64,000 nt of DNA. Source: Acidimicrobiia bacterium. GTDB taxonomy: Bacteria > Actinomycetota > Acidimicrobiia > Acidimicrobiales > JANYDT01. The position numbers and the translations under genes were made by a program. This document shows, piece after piece, positions 9,285 through 18,546 of the stretch; the stretch's first letter is position 1, and every line of letters starts with the position of its first letter. The stretch is from assembly GCA_031385545.1 (NCBI GenBank), contig JANNBN010000166.1, positions 83,826-147,825 of the forward strand, given 5' to 3'. Under the pieces are notes generated by a model that saw only the letters and a list, made by a program, of their open reading frames with translations, made no database searches and was not told the origin of the DNA.

Positions 9285-10471
9285 CGCGTGGGTCCGGCGG
9301 CTGTCAACGACATCGCCAACTCGGTGATGCGTCGGCTGGCCTCACTGATGGTGCCGCAGTCCACCGTCAGGGCAATCCGCACATGCCCGCGCCCAGCCGA
9401 CCCGAAGCTCTCGCCGGGCATCACCACGACCTTCTGCTCGTCGAGCAGCCTCCATGCGAATTGCTCCCCGGAGAGGCCGGTACCGCGCACGTCGAGCAGG
9501 CCGAACATGCCCCCCTCCGGCATGCGGATACCCACGGCAGGACAGTCGCGCAGCGCAGCGACCAACGCTTCGGCCCGCCGACGGAATTCGGCTGCGAGTC
9601 GGTCGACTTCAGGATGGCGCACCGATAGTGCCGTGACCACGGCATCGGCCAGGAATGGCTGGCTGCCGAACAGCATCGCCTCGACAACCGCAGTCAGGCG
9701 CGCTGCGAATGGGACTGGGCCTGCGGCCCACCCGGCTCGGAAGCCGGGCAACGCGTGGGACTTGGAGATCGAAGCAACCGACACCGAACGATCACGCAGC
9801 TGAGGCCGGTCGAACGGAGACGCGAACGGCGCGTCGTAGGTCATGTCGGCGTACACCTCGTCGCACACGATCCACAGGTTGTGGCGAATGCAGACCTCGC
9901 CGATGGCGTCGATCTCATTGGCTGAAAGCACAGCGCCTGTGGGGTTGCTCGGTGTGTTGAGCAGCAGGACGCGTGACCGTTCGGTGATCGCGGCTTCGAG
10001 TGCTTCGGGCCTGAGGTGAAAACCGTCTTCGGGAAGCGTCGTCACGGGAACAAATGTCGCCCCGGGCGCAGCGACGACAGCCTCGTAGGTCGCGTAGTAC
10101 GGATCGGGTACCAGGACCTCGTCGCCCATCTCCACCAGTGCCGTCATCGCGGTGGCGAGAGCGTTCTGAGTCCCTGCCGTGTAGACCACTTGCGAGGGTA
10201 GGACTGCCAGGCCAGAGCGTCGCGTGTAGTGATCGGCGATGGCCCGAAGCGCCGCACTGTCGCCTTGTGCGGCGCTGTATTTCGTCCGACCTGAGCGCAA
10301 CGACTGCACCGCCGTCTCAATCACAGCAGCAGGTGGCGCCAAGTCCGGTTCACCGATCGACAAGAAGATCAAGTCCTCGCCCGCAGCGGCGCGCCGACGG
10401 CCGGTGTGATGCACCGCCCACTTGTCACCGCCGAGCCCGGCTAGCCGATCGGTGACCGACGCGTACCGCAT
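9281..10471 (-). CDS. pyridoxal-phosphate-dependent aminotransferase, class I/II
   Basis: LSIGEPD motif, N-P-S-N-P-T-G segment ([13 protein letters not shown]), PLP-lysine motif [15 protein letters not shown]. Start at ATG 10471 (MRYASV) has GAGG 3-6 nt upstream; alternative ATG at 10528. Its stop overlaps the metG stop in the palindrome CTAG (9281-9284). Confidence 0.8.
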   Translation of the reverse strand: MRYASVTDRLAGLGGDKWAVHHTGRRRAAAGEDLIFLSIGEPDLAPPAAVIETAVQSLRSGRTKYSAAQGDSAALRAIADHYTRRSGLAVLPSQVVYTAGTQNALATAMTALVEMGDEVLVPDPYYATYEAVVAAPGATFVPVTTLPEDGFHLRPEALEAAITERSRVLLLNTPSNPTGAVLSANEIDAIGEVCIRHNLWIVCDEVYADMTYDAPFASPFDRPQLRDRSVSVASISKSHALPGFRAGWAAGPVPFAARLTAVVEAMLFGSQPFLADAVVTALSVRHPEVDRLAAEFRRRAEALVAALRDCPAVGIRMPEGGMFGLLDVRGTGLSGEQFAWRLLDEQKVVVMPGESFGSAGRGHVRIALTVDCGTISEASRRITELAMSLTAAGPTR

Positions 10472-10517
10472 CGCCTCGCCTGGTGAGCTGGCTGCCGAAC
10501 TGCCGATCGGGGCTTCT

Positions 10518-11282
10518 TCAGTCGACATGGACTTCGGACAACAGTGTTCGAACTGCCCAGTGAAAGGTCTTCCAGCCGGCAGAACGCGCGCCGGTCGACA
10601 CCCGAGCGATACGGGCACCAGCTGCGCTGATCGATTTCGCCTCAGGGACCTTCACATGGGCCTCGGCACACCGTTCCATGAGCACGAACCATCCGACAGC
10701 TTCGGCGATCGTGGGTCCGACTGTGAGCAGCCCGTGGTTGCGCAACACGATGGCCTTCGCCTGTCCAAGTGACTTCGCGATGCGGTGGCCGCCATCGACC
10801 GTGAGGACATCAACCTCCTCGTCGTCGAACACTTCGTGATCCTCGAAGAAACCGGTGGATTCTTGCGTGATCGGCCGCAGCTTCGTCGCCAACGCGCTGA
10901 ACGGTGTGCCATAGGGCGTATGGGTGTGGGCAGCGCTGACGATGTCGGGGCGGGCTTCGTGTATCGGCCAATGAATGTTGTACGCCGCCTGGTTGATGCC
11001 GAGGTCTCCGTCCGCCACGCGCCCGCCCGGCCCGACAAGGACAAGGTCGGCAACGGTGACCTGATTGAACGGCACGCCGTACCCGGCGATCCACATGTGG
11101 TCGAGGCGCTCGGGATCCCGGGCCGAAATATGGCCGTCACCGACGCTGCCCCATCGCATCGCGCCGAAGAGACGGTAGCCAAGCGCCAGCTGATGCAGGC
11201 GATGCGCTCGCAACAGACCAGGGTCGGTGAACTCCGGCTCGAAGTCGTCAGGGTGCATCTGCGGCAAGGCGGGGGGCAACAT
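10518..11282 (-). CDS. class II aldolase / adducin N-terminal domain family protein
   Basis: HWPIHEARPDIVSAAHTHTPYGTPFSA matches the class II aldolase metal-binding His cluster region. Start set at ATG 11282, downstream of the stop of the upstream peptidase gene. Confidence 0.7.
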   Translation of the reverse strand: MLPPALPQMHPDDFEPEFTDPGLLRAHRLHQLALGYRLFGAMRWGSVGDGHISARDPERLDHMWIAGYGVPFNQVTVADLVLVGPGGRVADGDLGINQAAYNIHWPIHEARPDIVSAAHTHTPYGTPFSALATKLRPITQESTGFFEDHEVFDDEEVDVLTVDGGHRIAKSLGQAKAIVLRNHGLLTVGPTIAEAVGWFVLMERCAEAHVKVPEAKSISAAGARIARVSTGARSAGWKTFHWAVRTLLSEVHVD

Positions 11283-11316
11283 CGGTCTCAGCACTCCTGG
11301 TTGTTCGCCATCTTGT

Positions 11317-12822
11317 TCATGGTTGGCGACCCGCACAGCTTGGCTGAGCTGCCAGCCAACCGCTTGCTGCGCTGAGGACGGGATCCTGTGCGGTGCCGAA
11401 GACGCTCCACTCGACACCGACCGGTTCATCGGCGTTGATCGGGCCGTCGTAGACCTTCCCGGCACGATCCAAGTCGTAGCTGTGGGTGACCATCAGGAAC
11501 GAGTTGTCCGGCATGCGTATCCCCACGTTGGCACTGGTCACGCCGACCGTGGGCGCTCCGAACGACCGCGACGACGGGCGGCCGATAAACGCGATGGTTG
11601 CGATCTCACCGGCTGAAGCGGTCTGGCTGGAGATCAAGACCGCAACCGGAACACCCGGGTCTCGCAGCCGCGCAGCAACTGCGTTGCTCCAGGCTGGTCT
11701 GTTGTCGATCAGCACCTTGCCGCCGCTGAACCGCAACTGTTCCCGGGTGTCGTCGCCGTACACGAACCCACCGACCACCTGCTCGGGAAAGAACGGCTCC
11801 AGCACACTCATCATCGAGAACGGAAACCCGCCGGAGTTGCGCCGCAGGTCAAGCACCCAGCCGCAGGGACTGATCTGTTGCTCAACCGACCCAACGGCTG
11901 CCACACCGGCAGTCGCGAAGGCCGACTCGTTGTCCGCTGTCCCGGTGGAGCCGGGAAGTTCGATATATCCAAGCCGCCCGTCAAGCGCACGGGCGCTTGG
12001 CACCTCGGCAGTCTTGAGTTCGCCGCGTCGCACCGTGAACTCCATCTCACCGACCGGCGGTCGATTGACCCTGATCACAGCGGTCTCGACCGCACGCTCG
12101 GCAGCGGTGGTTGCCAGGAACGGTTTGCCGTTGAACGACACGATGCGGTCGAGGGTGCGAATGCCTGCCTGCTCTGCGGGTGAACCTGGAACCACGAAGA
12201 TCACATCGGGCGGATACACCTTCAACCCGAACCCGGTGCTTGTTCCCTCCAACAACGACCGCGCGGCCATTGGTTCGAGAAACGCCGAGTGTCCGTCGCC
12301 GAGATCCTTCACGGTCTGACGCAGGATCGGATAGAGATCACTGATTACCTGCGCGGGAGCGCCGATGATCCGGGCCCGATCCGTGATGGCGCGCACATCG
12401 ACCGTACGCCGACGAACCCAATACCGTTCGATGAACGCCAACGCGTCAGCCAGGTACTTCGACGGAGACGGCAACGGAGTCGACACGACCGGACCGGTCA
12501 CGGTGGTGGCCGGGGCAAGGGTTGGCAATGGGGACGGACCGGAAGTCGCAGGGGCCGAGATCACAGGCACCGGGGCGGATGTCGTGGACGATGTCGTGGA
12601 CGATGTCGTCGCCCGGCGCTTCGTAACCGTGCGGCGGGTTGTCGGCGTTTTTCGAGCTGGCCGTCTGACCGTCCGAACGACTGAAACAGCGGCGTCGGCG
12701 CGAGGATTTTCTGTCACGAGTGGAACCAGCACAACTGCTATAGCAATGAGGGTCACCAAGGCCACAACCCGCCGCGGAAACTGAAAGCGCTGCCAGCGCA
12801 CGTGGCGTTGGAAACAAGGCAT
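11317..12822 (-). CDS. S41 family (C-terminal processing / tail-specific) peptidase with N-terminal membrane anchor and Ser/Thr-rich linker
   Basis: N-terminal TM VVALVTLIAIAVVLVPL, TTSSTTSSTTS linker, LDLRRNSGGFPFS and ISSQTASAGEIATIAFIG (S41 catalytic Ser region). Confidence 0.75.
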   Translation of the reverse strand: MPCFQRHVRWQRFQFPRRVVALVTLIAIAVVLVPLVTENPRADAAVSVVRTVRRPARKTPTTRRTVTKRRATTSSTTSSTTSAPVPVISAPATSGPSPLPTLAPATTVTGPVVSTPLPSPSKYLADALAFIERYWVRRRTVDVRAITDRARIIGAPAQVISDLYPILRQTVKDLGDGHSAFLEPMAARSLLEGTSTGFGLKVYPPDVIFVVPGSPAEQAGIRTLDRIVSFNGKPFLATTAAERAVETAVIRVNRPPVGEMEFTVRRGELKTAEVPSARALDGRLGYIELPGSTGTADNESAFATAGVAAVGSVEQQISPCGWVLDLRRNSGGFPFSMMSVLEPFFPEQVVGGFVYGDDTREQLRFSGGKVLIDNRPAWSNAVAARLRDPGVPVAVLISSQTASAGEIATIAFIGRPSSRSFGAPTVGVTSANVGIRMPDNSFLMVTHSYDLDRAGKVYDGPINADEPVGVEWSVFGTAQDPVLSAASGWLAAQPSCAGRQP

Positions 12823-12995
12823 GCACCGACGATACGGGACGGGGGCAGCAACAGCGGCGGGCCCAGCAGCGGGTCACACACTGTCCGGACAACTACCTCT
12901 GTTCACGTATCGGAAACGCTGCGCCGATTGCCGGGGGTCCTCGCGCGCTTGTAACGTAGCTCTTACTCACCAGGTGCGACTCGTCGGTCGAACCA

Positions 12996-13008
12996 GTTCT
13001 GTCAGAAC
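12996..13008. promoter_or_regulatory. perfect palindrome GTTCTG-T-CAGAAC about 40 nt upstream of the nucleoside transporter operon (candidate operator)
   Basis: 6-1-6 inverted repeat read directly at 12996-13008. GGAGG Shine-Dalgarno at about 13035 and ATG at 13050. Confidence 0.3.
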
Positions 13009-13049
13009 ACTCACCGGCGATTTGCTCCCCATTTGGAGGTACCCACCAC

Positions 13050-14120
13050 ATGAAGCTCACCCGCAGCGCACTCGCTGCGACGATCGCAATCACCGGGGCA
13101 TTACTTGTCGCCCCGGCAGCGAACTCGCAAGATCAGAAGGCCGTTGCCTTGATGTTCGACCTCACCGGTCGCGGCGACAAGTCGTTCAACGACGCAGCAG
13201 CCGCCGGCCTGGACAAGGCCAAGGCCGAGTTCCCAACCCTGAAGGCCACCGAGTCGGTTCCGTCCGGCGCTGACGGCGACCGTGCCGAGCGCCTCAAGAC
13301 TGTCCTGGCCGACAAGAACGGCCTGGTCATCTGCGTCGGTTTCCTCTGGACGCCTGACTGCTCCAAGGGTGCCAAGGCCAACCCCGGCGTGTACTTCGCG
13401 TCGATCGACGACAACCTCTCCGACCAGGACGAGGGCGCCAACAAGGGCAAGCCACTGCCGAACGCTGCTGGCTTCACGTTTGCAGAGAACGAAGGCTCGT
13501 ACCTCGTTGGCTACATCGCCGGCCTGAAGACCAAGACCAATAAGGTCGGCTTCATCGGCGGCGTCGAGATCGACCTCATCAAGAAGTTCGAGGCAGGCTT
13601 CGAGGCAGGCGCAAAAGCCGCTAACAAGAAGATCAAAATCACCCAGAAGTACGCTTCCCAGCCACCAGACTTCTCGGGATTCACCGACGTGCCGAAGGGC
13701 AAGGCGCTTGCCGCAGCGATGTACAAGAGCGGCATCGACGTCATCTATGTGGCAGCAGGTTCCACCGGTAACGGTGCGTTCATCGCCGCCAAGGAATCGG
13801 GCAAGAAGCCCGGCACCATCTACGCCATCGGCGTCGACTCCGACCAGTACAAGACCATCTCGCAGGCCAATGGCCGTGACTACATCCTCAGCTCGATGCT
13901 GAAGAAGGTCGACGTCGCTGCGTATAACGCCATCAAGGGTTACGTCAATGGCAAGCCCATCACCGGTGCCCAGGTTCTCGACCTCAAGGCCGGCGGTGTC
14001 GACTTCTCGAAGAGCAACACCAAGCTGCTCGACGCCAAGACCGTGACCAAGATCGAAGCCGTGAAGAAAGACATCATCGCCGGAAAGATCTCGGTGCCAA
14101 CCACACCGACACGTAAGTAG
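13050..14120 (+). CDS. BMP-family (PnrA-like) ABC transporter substrate-binding protein, probable nucleoside binding
   Basis: Signal peptide MKLTRSALAATIAITGALLVAPAANS, then the hallmark VALMFDLTGRGDKSFNDAA of the basic-membrane-protein family. Followed by a matching ABC ATPase and two permeases. Confidence 0.85.
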   Translation: MKLTRSALAATIAITGALLVAPAANSQDQKAVALMFDLTGRGDKSFNDAAAAGLDKAKAEFPTLKATESVPSGADGDRAERLKTVLADKNGLVICVGFLWTPDCSKGAKANPGVYFASIDDNLSDQDEGANKGKPLPNAAGFTFAENEGSYLVGYIAGLKTKTNKVGFIGGVEIDLIKKFEAGFEAGAKAANKKIKITQKYASQPPDFSGFTDVPKGKALAAAMYKSGIDVIYVAAGSTGNGAFIAAKESGKKPGTIYAIGVDSDQYKTISQANGRDYILSSMLKKVDVAAYNAIKGYVNGKPITGAQVLDLKAGGVDFSKSNTKLLDAKTVTKIEAVKKDIIAGKISVPTTPTRK

Positions 14121-14151
14121 TCAGACGAAACGGGCCATCCAGCCCATGATG

Positions 14152-14182
14152 ACTGGCGGGGTGGCCAAGCCGCCCCGCCAGT
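14152..14182 (+). terminator. strong intra-operon hairpin (about 14-bp stem, loop CAA) after the binding-protein gene
   Basis: ACTGGCGGGGTGGC-CAA-GCCGCCCCGCCAGT with one T:G wobble pair, followed by GTTTCTGA. Lies between the SBP stop (14120) and the ATPase start (14204). Confidence 0.45.
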
Positions 14183-14203
14183 GTTTCTGATAGGAACACT
14201 GGC

Positions 14204-15745
14204 GTGAGCAACCTCGCCATCGAGCTTCACGACATCGTGAAGCGCTTCCCCGGTGTCGTCGCCAACGACGGGGTCGACCTCAAGGTCGAAACCGGAACCA
14301 TTCACGCCATCATCGGCGAGAACGGCGCAGGCAAATCAACGTTGATGAAGACGCTGTACGGCGCGCACCAGCCCGACGAAGGCACCATCACGGTCAACGG
14401 TTCCGTCAAAGTGTTCCGGTCACCGAAGGATGCCATCGCAGAAGGCATCGGCATGGTGTTCCAGCACTTCATGTTGGCGGAGAACCTCACCGTGTGGGAG
14501 AACGTGGTCCTGGGCAACGAACCAGGCTCCCCGTTCGCCATCAACGCCCGCAAAGCCCGCCAGCGCATCACGGAGCTGAGCCTGCGCTATGGGCTCGACG
14601 TCCACCCCGATGCGATGATCAGCGACCTTGGAGTCGGCCAACGGCAACGGGTCGAGATCCTCAAGGTGCTCTACCGTGGCGCACGCATCTTGATCCTCGA
14701 CGAGCCCACAGCAGTCCTTGTTCCCCAGGAGGTCGACGAGCTGTTCGCGTCGCTGCGCGAGTTGGTTGCACAGGGCGCAACCATCATCTTCATCTCGCAC
14801 AAGCTGTTGGAGGTGTTGTCCGTCGCCGATGCCATCACCGTCATCCGGGCCGGTAAGACGGTCGCCGAAGTGAGCGACCCATCGACTGTGACGTCTCGGG
14901 ACTTGGCTGAGCTGATGGTGGGCTCGGAACTGCCCACGCCCGAGACAACAGGCAGCACCGTCACCGATCACGTCATGCTGCAGATTGCCGGTCTCGATGT
15001 TCCGGCCACGGCCGGCGGCGCCGGGGTCGCAGCGCTGGCCGTGCGCGGCGTGTCGCTCACCGTTCGCGCAGGCGAGATCGTCGGCATCGCCGGTGTCGAG
15101 GGCAATGGCCAGGCCGAACTCCTCGAAGCAATCATGGGCGTGCGGCCTATCAAGGCCGGGGCCATCGGCTTCGACGGGACGGACATCACTCACTGGTCAA
15201 CCAAACAACGACGCGAGAGCGGCATCGGGTACGTTCCGGAAGACCGACACCGCGACGGTCTGGTGCTCACGTTTCCGCTGTGGGAAAACGCGGCGCTCGG
15301 CCATCAGGGCGCAGCTCCGTTCTCTAACGGCCCCTGGATGAACGCCGCTGGCTCTCGGGCCTTCACCCGTCAGGTCATCGAAGACTTCGACGTCCGCACG
15401 CCAGGAACCGATGTCGCTGCGCTTGCGTTGTCCGGCGGCAACCAGCAAAAGCTCATCGTTGGTCGCGAGATGCTGACCAACCCGAAGGTGTTAATTGCCG
15501 CACATCCAACCCGCGGCATCGACGTGGGCGCGCAGGCAGCGGTGTGGGACTCCATGCGAGACGCCCGTGCAAAGGGGCTCGGCATCCTGCTCGTCTCGGC
15601 CGACCTCGAAGAGCTGATCGGTCTCTCGGACCGCCTGCTGGTGTTGTTCCACGGCGAACTGGTCGCCGAGCTCGACCCACTGCACATCACCTCCGCCGAA
15701 CTGGGCAGCTACATGACCGGAGCAAAGGTGACAACGTCAGCATGA
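14204..15745 (+). CDS. ABC transporter ATP-binding protein, duplicated ATPase domains (sugar/nucleoside type)
   Basis: Walker A GENGAGKSTL, signature LGVGQRQRVEI, Walker B ILILDEPTA. Second half has LSGGNQQKL and a degenerate Walker A, typical of RbsA/nucleoside-type ATPases. Confidence 0.9.
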   Translation: MSNLAIELHDIVKRFPGVVANDGVDLKVETGTIHAIIGENGAGKSTLMKTLYGAHQPDEGTITVNGSVKVFRSPKDAIAEGIGMVFQHFMLAENLTVWENVVLGNEPGSPFAINARKARQRITELSLRYGLDVHPDAMISDLGVGQRQRVEILKVLYRGARILILDEPTAVLVPQEVDELFASLRELVAQGATIIFISHKLLEVLSVADAITVIRAGKTVAEVSDPSTVTSRDLAELMVGSELPTPETTGSTVTDHVMLQIAGLDVPATAGGAGVAALAVRGVSLTVRAGEIVGIAGVEGNGQAELLEAIMGVRPIKAGAIGFDGTDITHWSTKQRRESGIGYVPEDRHRDGLVLTFPLWENAALGHQGAAPFSNGPWMNAAGSRAFTRQVIEDFDVRTPGTDVAALALSGGNQQKLIVGREMLTNPKVLIAAHPTRGIDVGAQAAVWDSMRDARAKGLGILLVSADLEELIGLSDRLLVLFHGELVAELDPLHITSAELGSYMTGAKVTTSA

Positions 15746-16836
15746 ACGACCTGAAGAAGACGCTCACCCCAGCATTCATCGCACTCGCCATTGCCTTCGC
15801 AATCGCCTCGGTGGTGCTGCTCGTCTCGGGCCACAGCCCGCTCACTGCGTACCGCGCGATGTGGAAAAACTTCGCGACGCTCGACGGTGTCGTGACATCG
15901 ATCAACGTTGGTGCCCGGTATTACATCGCAGCCATCGCCATTGCGGTGGCCCTCAAGATGAACCTGTTCAACATCGGCACCAACGGCCAGTACCAGCTTG
16001 GTGCGATGTTCGGCGCGGTTGTGGGTGCGGCAGTCAAACTGCCAGCCCCGTTGCATGTTGCACTCACCCTTTCGGTTGCTTTCGCAGCCGGGGCAGTGTG
16101 GGCTGCGCTCGTTGCGGTGTTGCACAACACGCGTAACGTGCATCCCGTCGTGGCCGCCATCATGCTCAACGGTGTCGCGTCGTCGGTGATCACGTACCTC
16201 ATGCAAAGCACGTGGACGAACTTCAAGAACCCTGCTCTCAAGGAGTACGGCTCGACACGGCCGATTCCGCGGTCGGGGCAACTTCCGGTGTGGAAGATCG
16301 GCAGCAGCGTCCTGCAGAGCTACGTGCTGCTTGCCGTCGCTGTCGGCATCGGTTTTTACTTGCTCGTCTATCGCACTCGGTTCGGCTTTGACCTCCGGGC
16401 ATCCGGTGGAAACCCGGGCGCAGCGCGCTCATCGGGCGTCGATCCGAAACGCATGGTGCTCATCACCTTGGCAATCTCGGGCGGCGTCGCCGGGCTCATC
16501 GGAATGGGCATCGTTCTGTCGTCCAACGATCAGCTCACATACGGGGACCGGTTCCCGGGAGCGCTCGGGTTCACCGGCATCGGCATCGCGCTGCTGGGCC
16601 GCAACCATCCTGCGGGGGTTGCGGCCGCTGCGTTTCTCTGGGCGGCTCTTGACCAAGGCGCGCGGGGTTTGGTCACGGTCAACATCACCGGCGAGATCGC
16701 CGTCATCCTGCAGGGCGCACTGCTGTTCATCGCCGTCATCGTGTACGCGGTGTGGGAACGCAAGTTCCTCGCAGCAACAATCAGAGACGCTGCAGCCCGA
16801 ACTGCCGCCGCCCGCCAGGAAGCGGCTGCAGCATGA
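15742..16836 (+). CDS. ABC transporter permease
   Basis: Start ATG 15742 forms an ATGA overlap with the ATPase stop. Polytopic hydrophobic protein. The ORF-track start at 15544 would give an Arg-rich extension inside the ATPase gene. Confidence 0.85.
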   Translation: MNDLKKTLTPAFIALAIAFAIASVVLLVSGHSPLTAYRAMWKNFATLDGVVTSINVGARYYIAAIAIAVALKMNLFNIGTNGQYQLGAMFGAVVGAAVKLPAPLHVALTLSVAFAAGAVWAALVAVLHNTRNVHPVVAAIMLNGVASSVITYLMQSTWTNFKNPALKEYGSTRPIPRSGQLPVWKIGSSVLQSYVLLAVAVGIGFYLLVYRTRFGFDLRASGGNPGAARSSGVDPKRMVLITLAISGGVAGLIGMGIVLSSNDQLTYGDRFPGALGFTGIGIALLGRNHPAGVAAAAFLWAALDQGARGLVTVNITGEIAVILQGALLFIAVIVYAVWERKFLAATIRDAAARTAAARQEAAAA

Positions 16837-18098
16837 TCACGACACTTCTCGATCGATGGCTTTCGGCGCGGTGGCAGCGCACGGTTGCCTCGTTCCTCGG
16901 TTTCGTCGCGCTGCTGGCAGTCGCCGGCCGCCTGTTCAGCTCACGCGGTGAAGATGGGAGCGGTGCCGGCCTCACCGGTTCTCCCACCGTCAGCACCGCG
17001 CTCGGTTTTGCCGTGCCGGTTGTCCTTGCCGGCCTGGGAGGCCTGGTGTCAGAACGCGCCGGCGTCATCAACATCGGGTTGGAAGGCATGATGATCCTCG
17101 GCACCTGGGGTGCTGGGTTTCTCGGGTGGCATATGGGTCCGTGGGGTGCGCTGTTGGGTGGTCTCATCGGCGGTCTCATCGGCGGCGCGTTGCACGCGTT
17201 GGCAACGGTCACGTTCGCCGTGGACCAGACCGTGTCAGGCGTTGCGATCAACATCGCATCGCTTGGCATCTGCAGGTACCTCAGCGACATCTTCTTCAAC
17301 GGCAAAGGCAACGAGGGCGACCTCGGCACCATTGCAGACTCGCCATCCGTCGCCAACTTCGGTTCTCGCGCCTCGGTGCCGTTCATCGGTGACCCGCTGC
17401 AGTCGCTTGAAGATCGGCACTGGTTCTTGATCTCTGACCTCGCAGGTGTTGTACGAGGACTTCTGGTCGACGTGGCGTGGAGTTCAGTGCTGTTGCTGGT
17501 GCTGGTCCCGGTGATCTGGTACCTGGTCTGGCGCACCCCGTTCGGGCTGCGGCTCCGCAGCGCAGGCGAGAAGCCCGCAGCGGCTGAGTCGCTCGGGGTC
17601 AACGTGGTGCGCACGAAATGGATCGCTGTCGTGATGTCTGGCGGACTGTCAGGCCTGGGCGGTGCCTGGTTGGTGCTCGACAGTCTGAAGTACCAGCAGG
17701 GCATGACCGCCAACCGCGGGTATCTCGGCCTTGCTGCGATGATCTTCGGTAACTGGATGCCAGCCATGCTCTTCGTCGGAGCGATGCTGTTCAGCTTCAG
17801 TCAGTCCGTCGGGTTCCAGTTGGGTTACGAATCCCGCGCCCTCATCGGCGCCGTGGGAATGGCGTTCGCGCTCGGCACCATCTGGACCGGCTTGCGCCGC
17901 AAGGTGATTCCCACCGTGCTCATGGCGTTGGTATCCATCGGCACCCTGGTGTTCGCGGCTCGGAACAAAGCCATCAACGATGCTCTCATCAAGGCCCTTC
18001 CGTATGTGCTGACTCTCGTCGTGTTGGCTGTCGCGTCGAAACGTCAGCGGCCTCCGGCGGCGTCGGGGGTTCCGTACATCAAAGGCCACGCCGGATGA
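16833..18098 (+). CDS. ABC transporter permease
   Basis: Start ATG 16833 forms an ATGA overlap with the previous permease stop. Polytopic hydrophobic protein with Gly-rich helices. Confidence 0.85.
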   Translation: MITTLLDRWLSARWQRTVASFLGFVALLAVAGRLFSSRGEDGSGAGLTGSPTVSTALGFAVPVVLAGLGGLVSERAGVINIGLEGMMILGTWGAGFLGWHMGPWGALLGGLIGGLIGGALHALATVTFAVDQTVSGVAINIASLGICRYLSDIFFNGKGNEGDLGTIADSPSVANFGSRASVPFIGDPLQSLEDRHWFLISDLAGVVRGLLVDVAWSSVLLLVLVPVIWYLVWRTPFGLRLRSAGEKPAAAESLGVNVVRTKWIAVVMSGGLSGLGGAWLVLDSLKYQQGMTANRGYLGLAAMIFGNWMPAMLFVGAMLFSFSQSVGFQLGYESRALIGAVGMAFALGTIWTGLRRKVIPTVLMALVSIGTLVFAARNKAINDALIKALPYVLTLVVLAVASKRQRPPAASGVPYIKGHAG

Positions 18099-18532
18099 CT
18101 CCCATGTCTCATGCTCCGGTCGACTGGGACGCCGTCCGGTCCGCCGCCAAGGCTGCGACCGAGTTCTCATACGCTCCGTATTCGCGCTTACAGGTTGGTG
18201 CGGCAGCGCTGATGGACGACGGCATCATCATCAACGGGTGCAACGTGGAAAATGCGTCGCTCGGGCTGGCGTTCTGTGCCGAGGTAACGCTTCTCGGAAA
18301 GATGCACATGGCCGGATACGGACGCGGTCACATGGTGGCGTTTGCGGCAACCGACCAGTACGGCAGGCGACTCACCCCATGCGGACGCTGTCGACAGCTG
18401 CTGATGGAGAACGGTGGACCGGATCTGCTGGTCGACGGTGCGCCTCACCCGCGCCCGATGCGCGAGCTACTGCCGGACTGGTTCGGTCCCGAGGATCTTC
18501 CGACCGCGATCGAAGACACCGACAACGGCTGA
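18095..18532 (+). CDS. cdd: cytidine deaminase
   Basis: YAPYS...VGAA, zinc motifs CAE (LAFCAEVTLL) and PCGRCRQLL. ATGA overlap with the permease stop. Confidence 0.9.
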   Translation: MTPMSHAPVDWDAVRSAAKAATEFSYAPYSRLQVGAAALMDDGIIINGCNVENASLGLAFCAEVTLLGKMHMAGYGRGHMVAFAATDQYGRRLTPCGRCRQLLMENGGPDLLVDGAPHPRPMRELLPDWFGPEDLPTAIEDTDNG

Positions 18533-18546
18533 CCCGCCGGTCAGCC
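18527..18546. terminator. compact bidirectional hairpin whose two arms contain the stop codons of the convergent genes
   Basis: GGCTGACC-CGCC-GGTCAGCC. TGA of cdd at 18530-18532 lies in the left arm; TGA of the minus-strand gene (18541-18543) lies in the right arm. Confidence 0.4.

Noticed and set aside
1754-13008. Shared half-sites GTTCTG...CAGAAC at 1754-1779 (with a 14-nt centre) and 12996-13008 (1-nt centre)
   Set aside because: The spacing is completely different and the contexts are unrelated (a terminator-like position versus a promoter region). This is most likely coincidence.
16781-17767. 328-aa minus-strand ORF inside the second ABC permease gene
   Set aside because: It is a Pro/Ser/Arg-rich shadow frame. 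The plus-strand permease is part of an ATGA-coupled operon.
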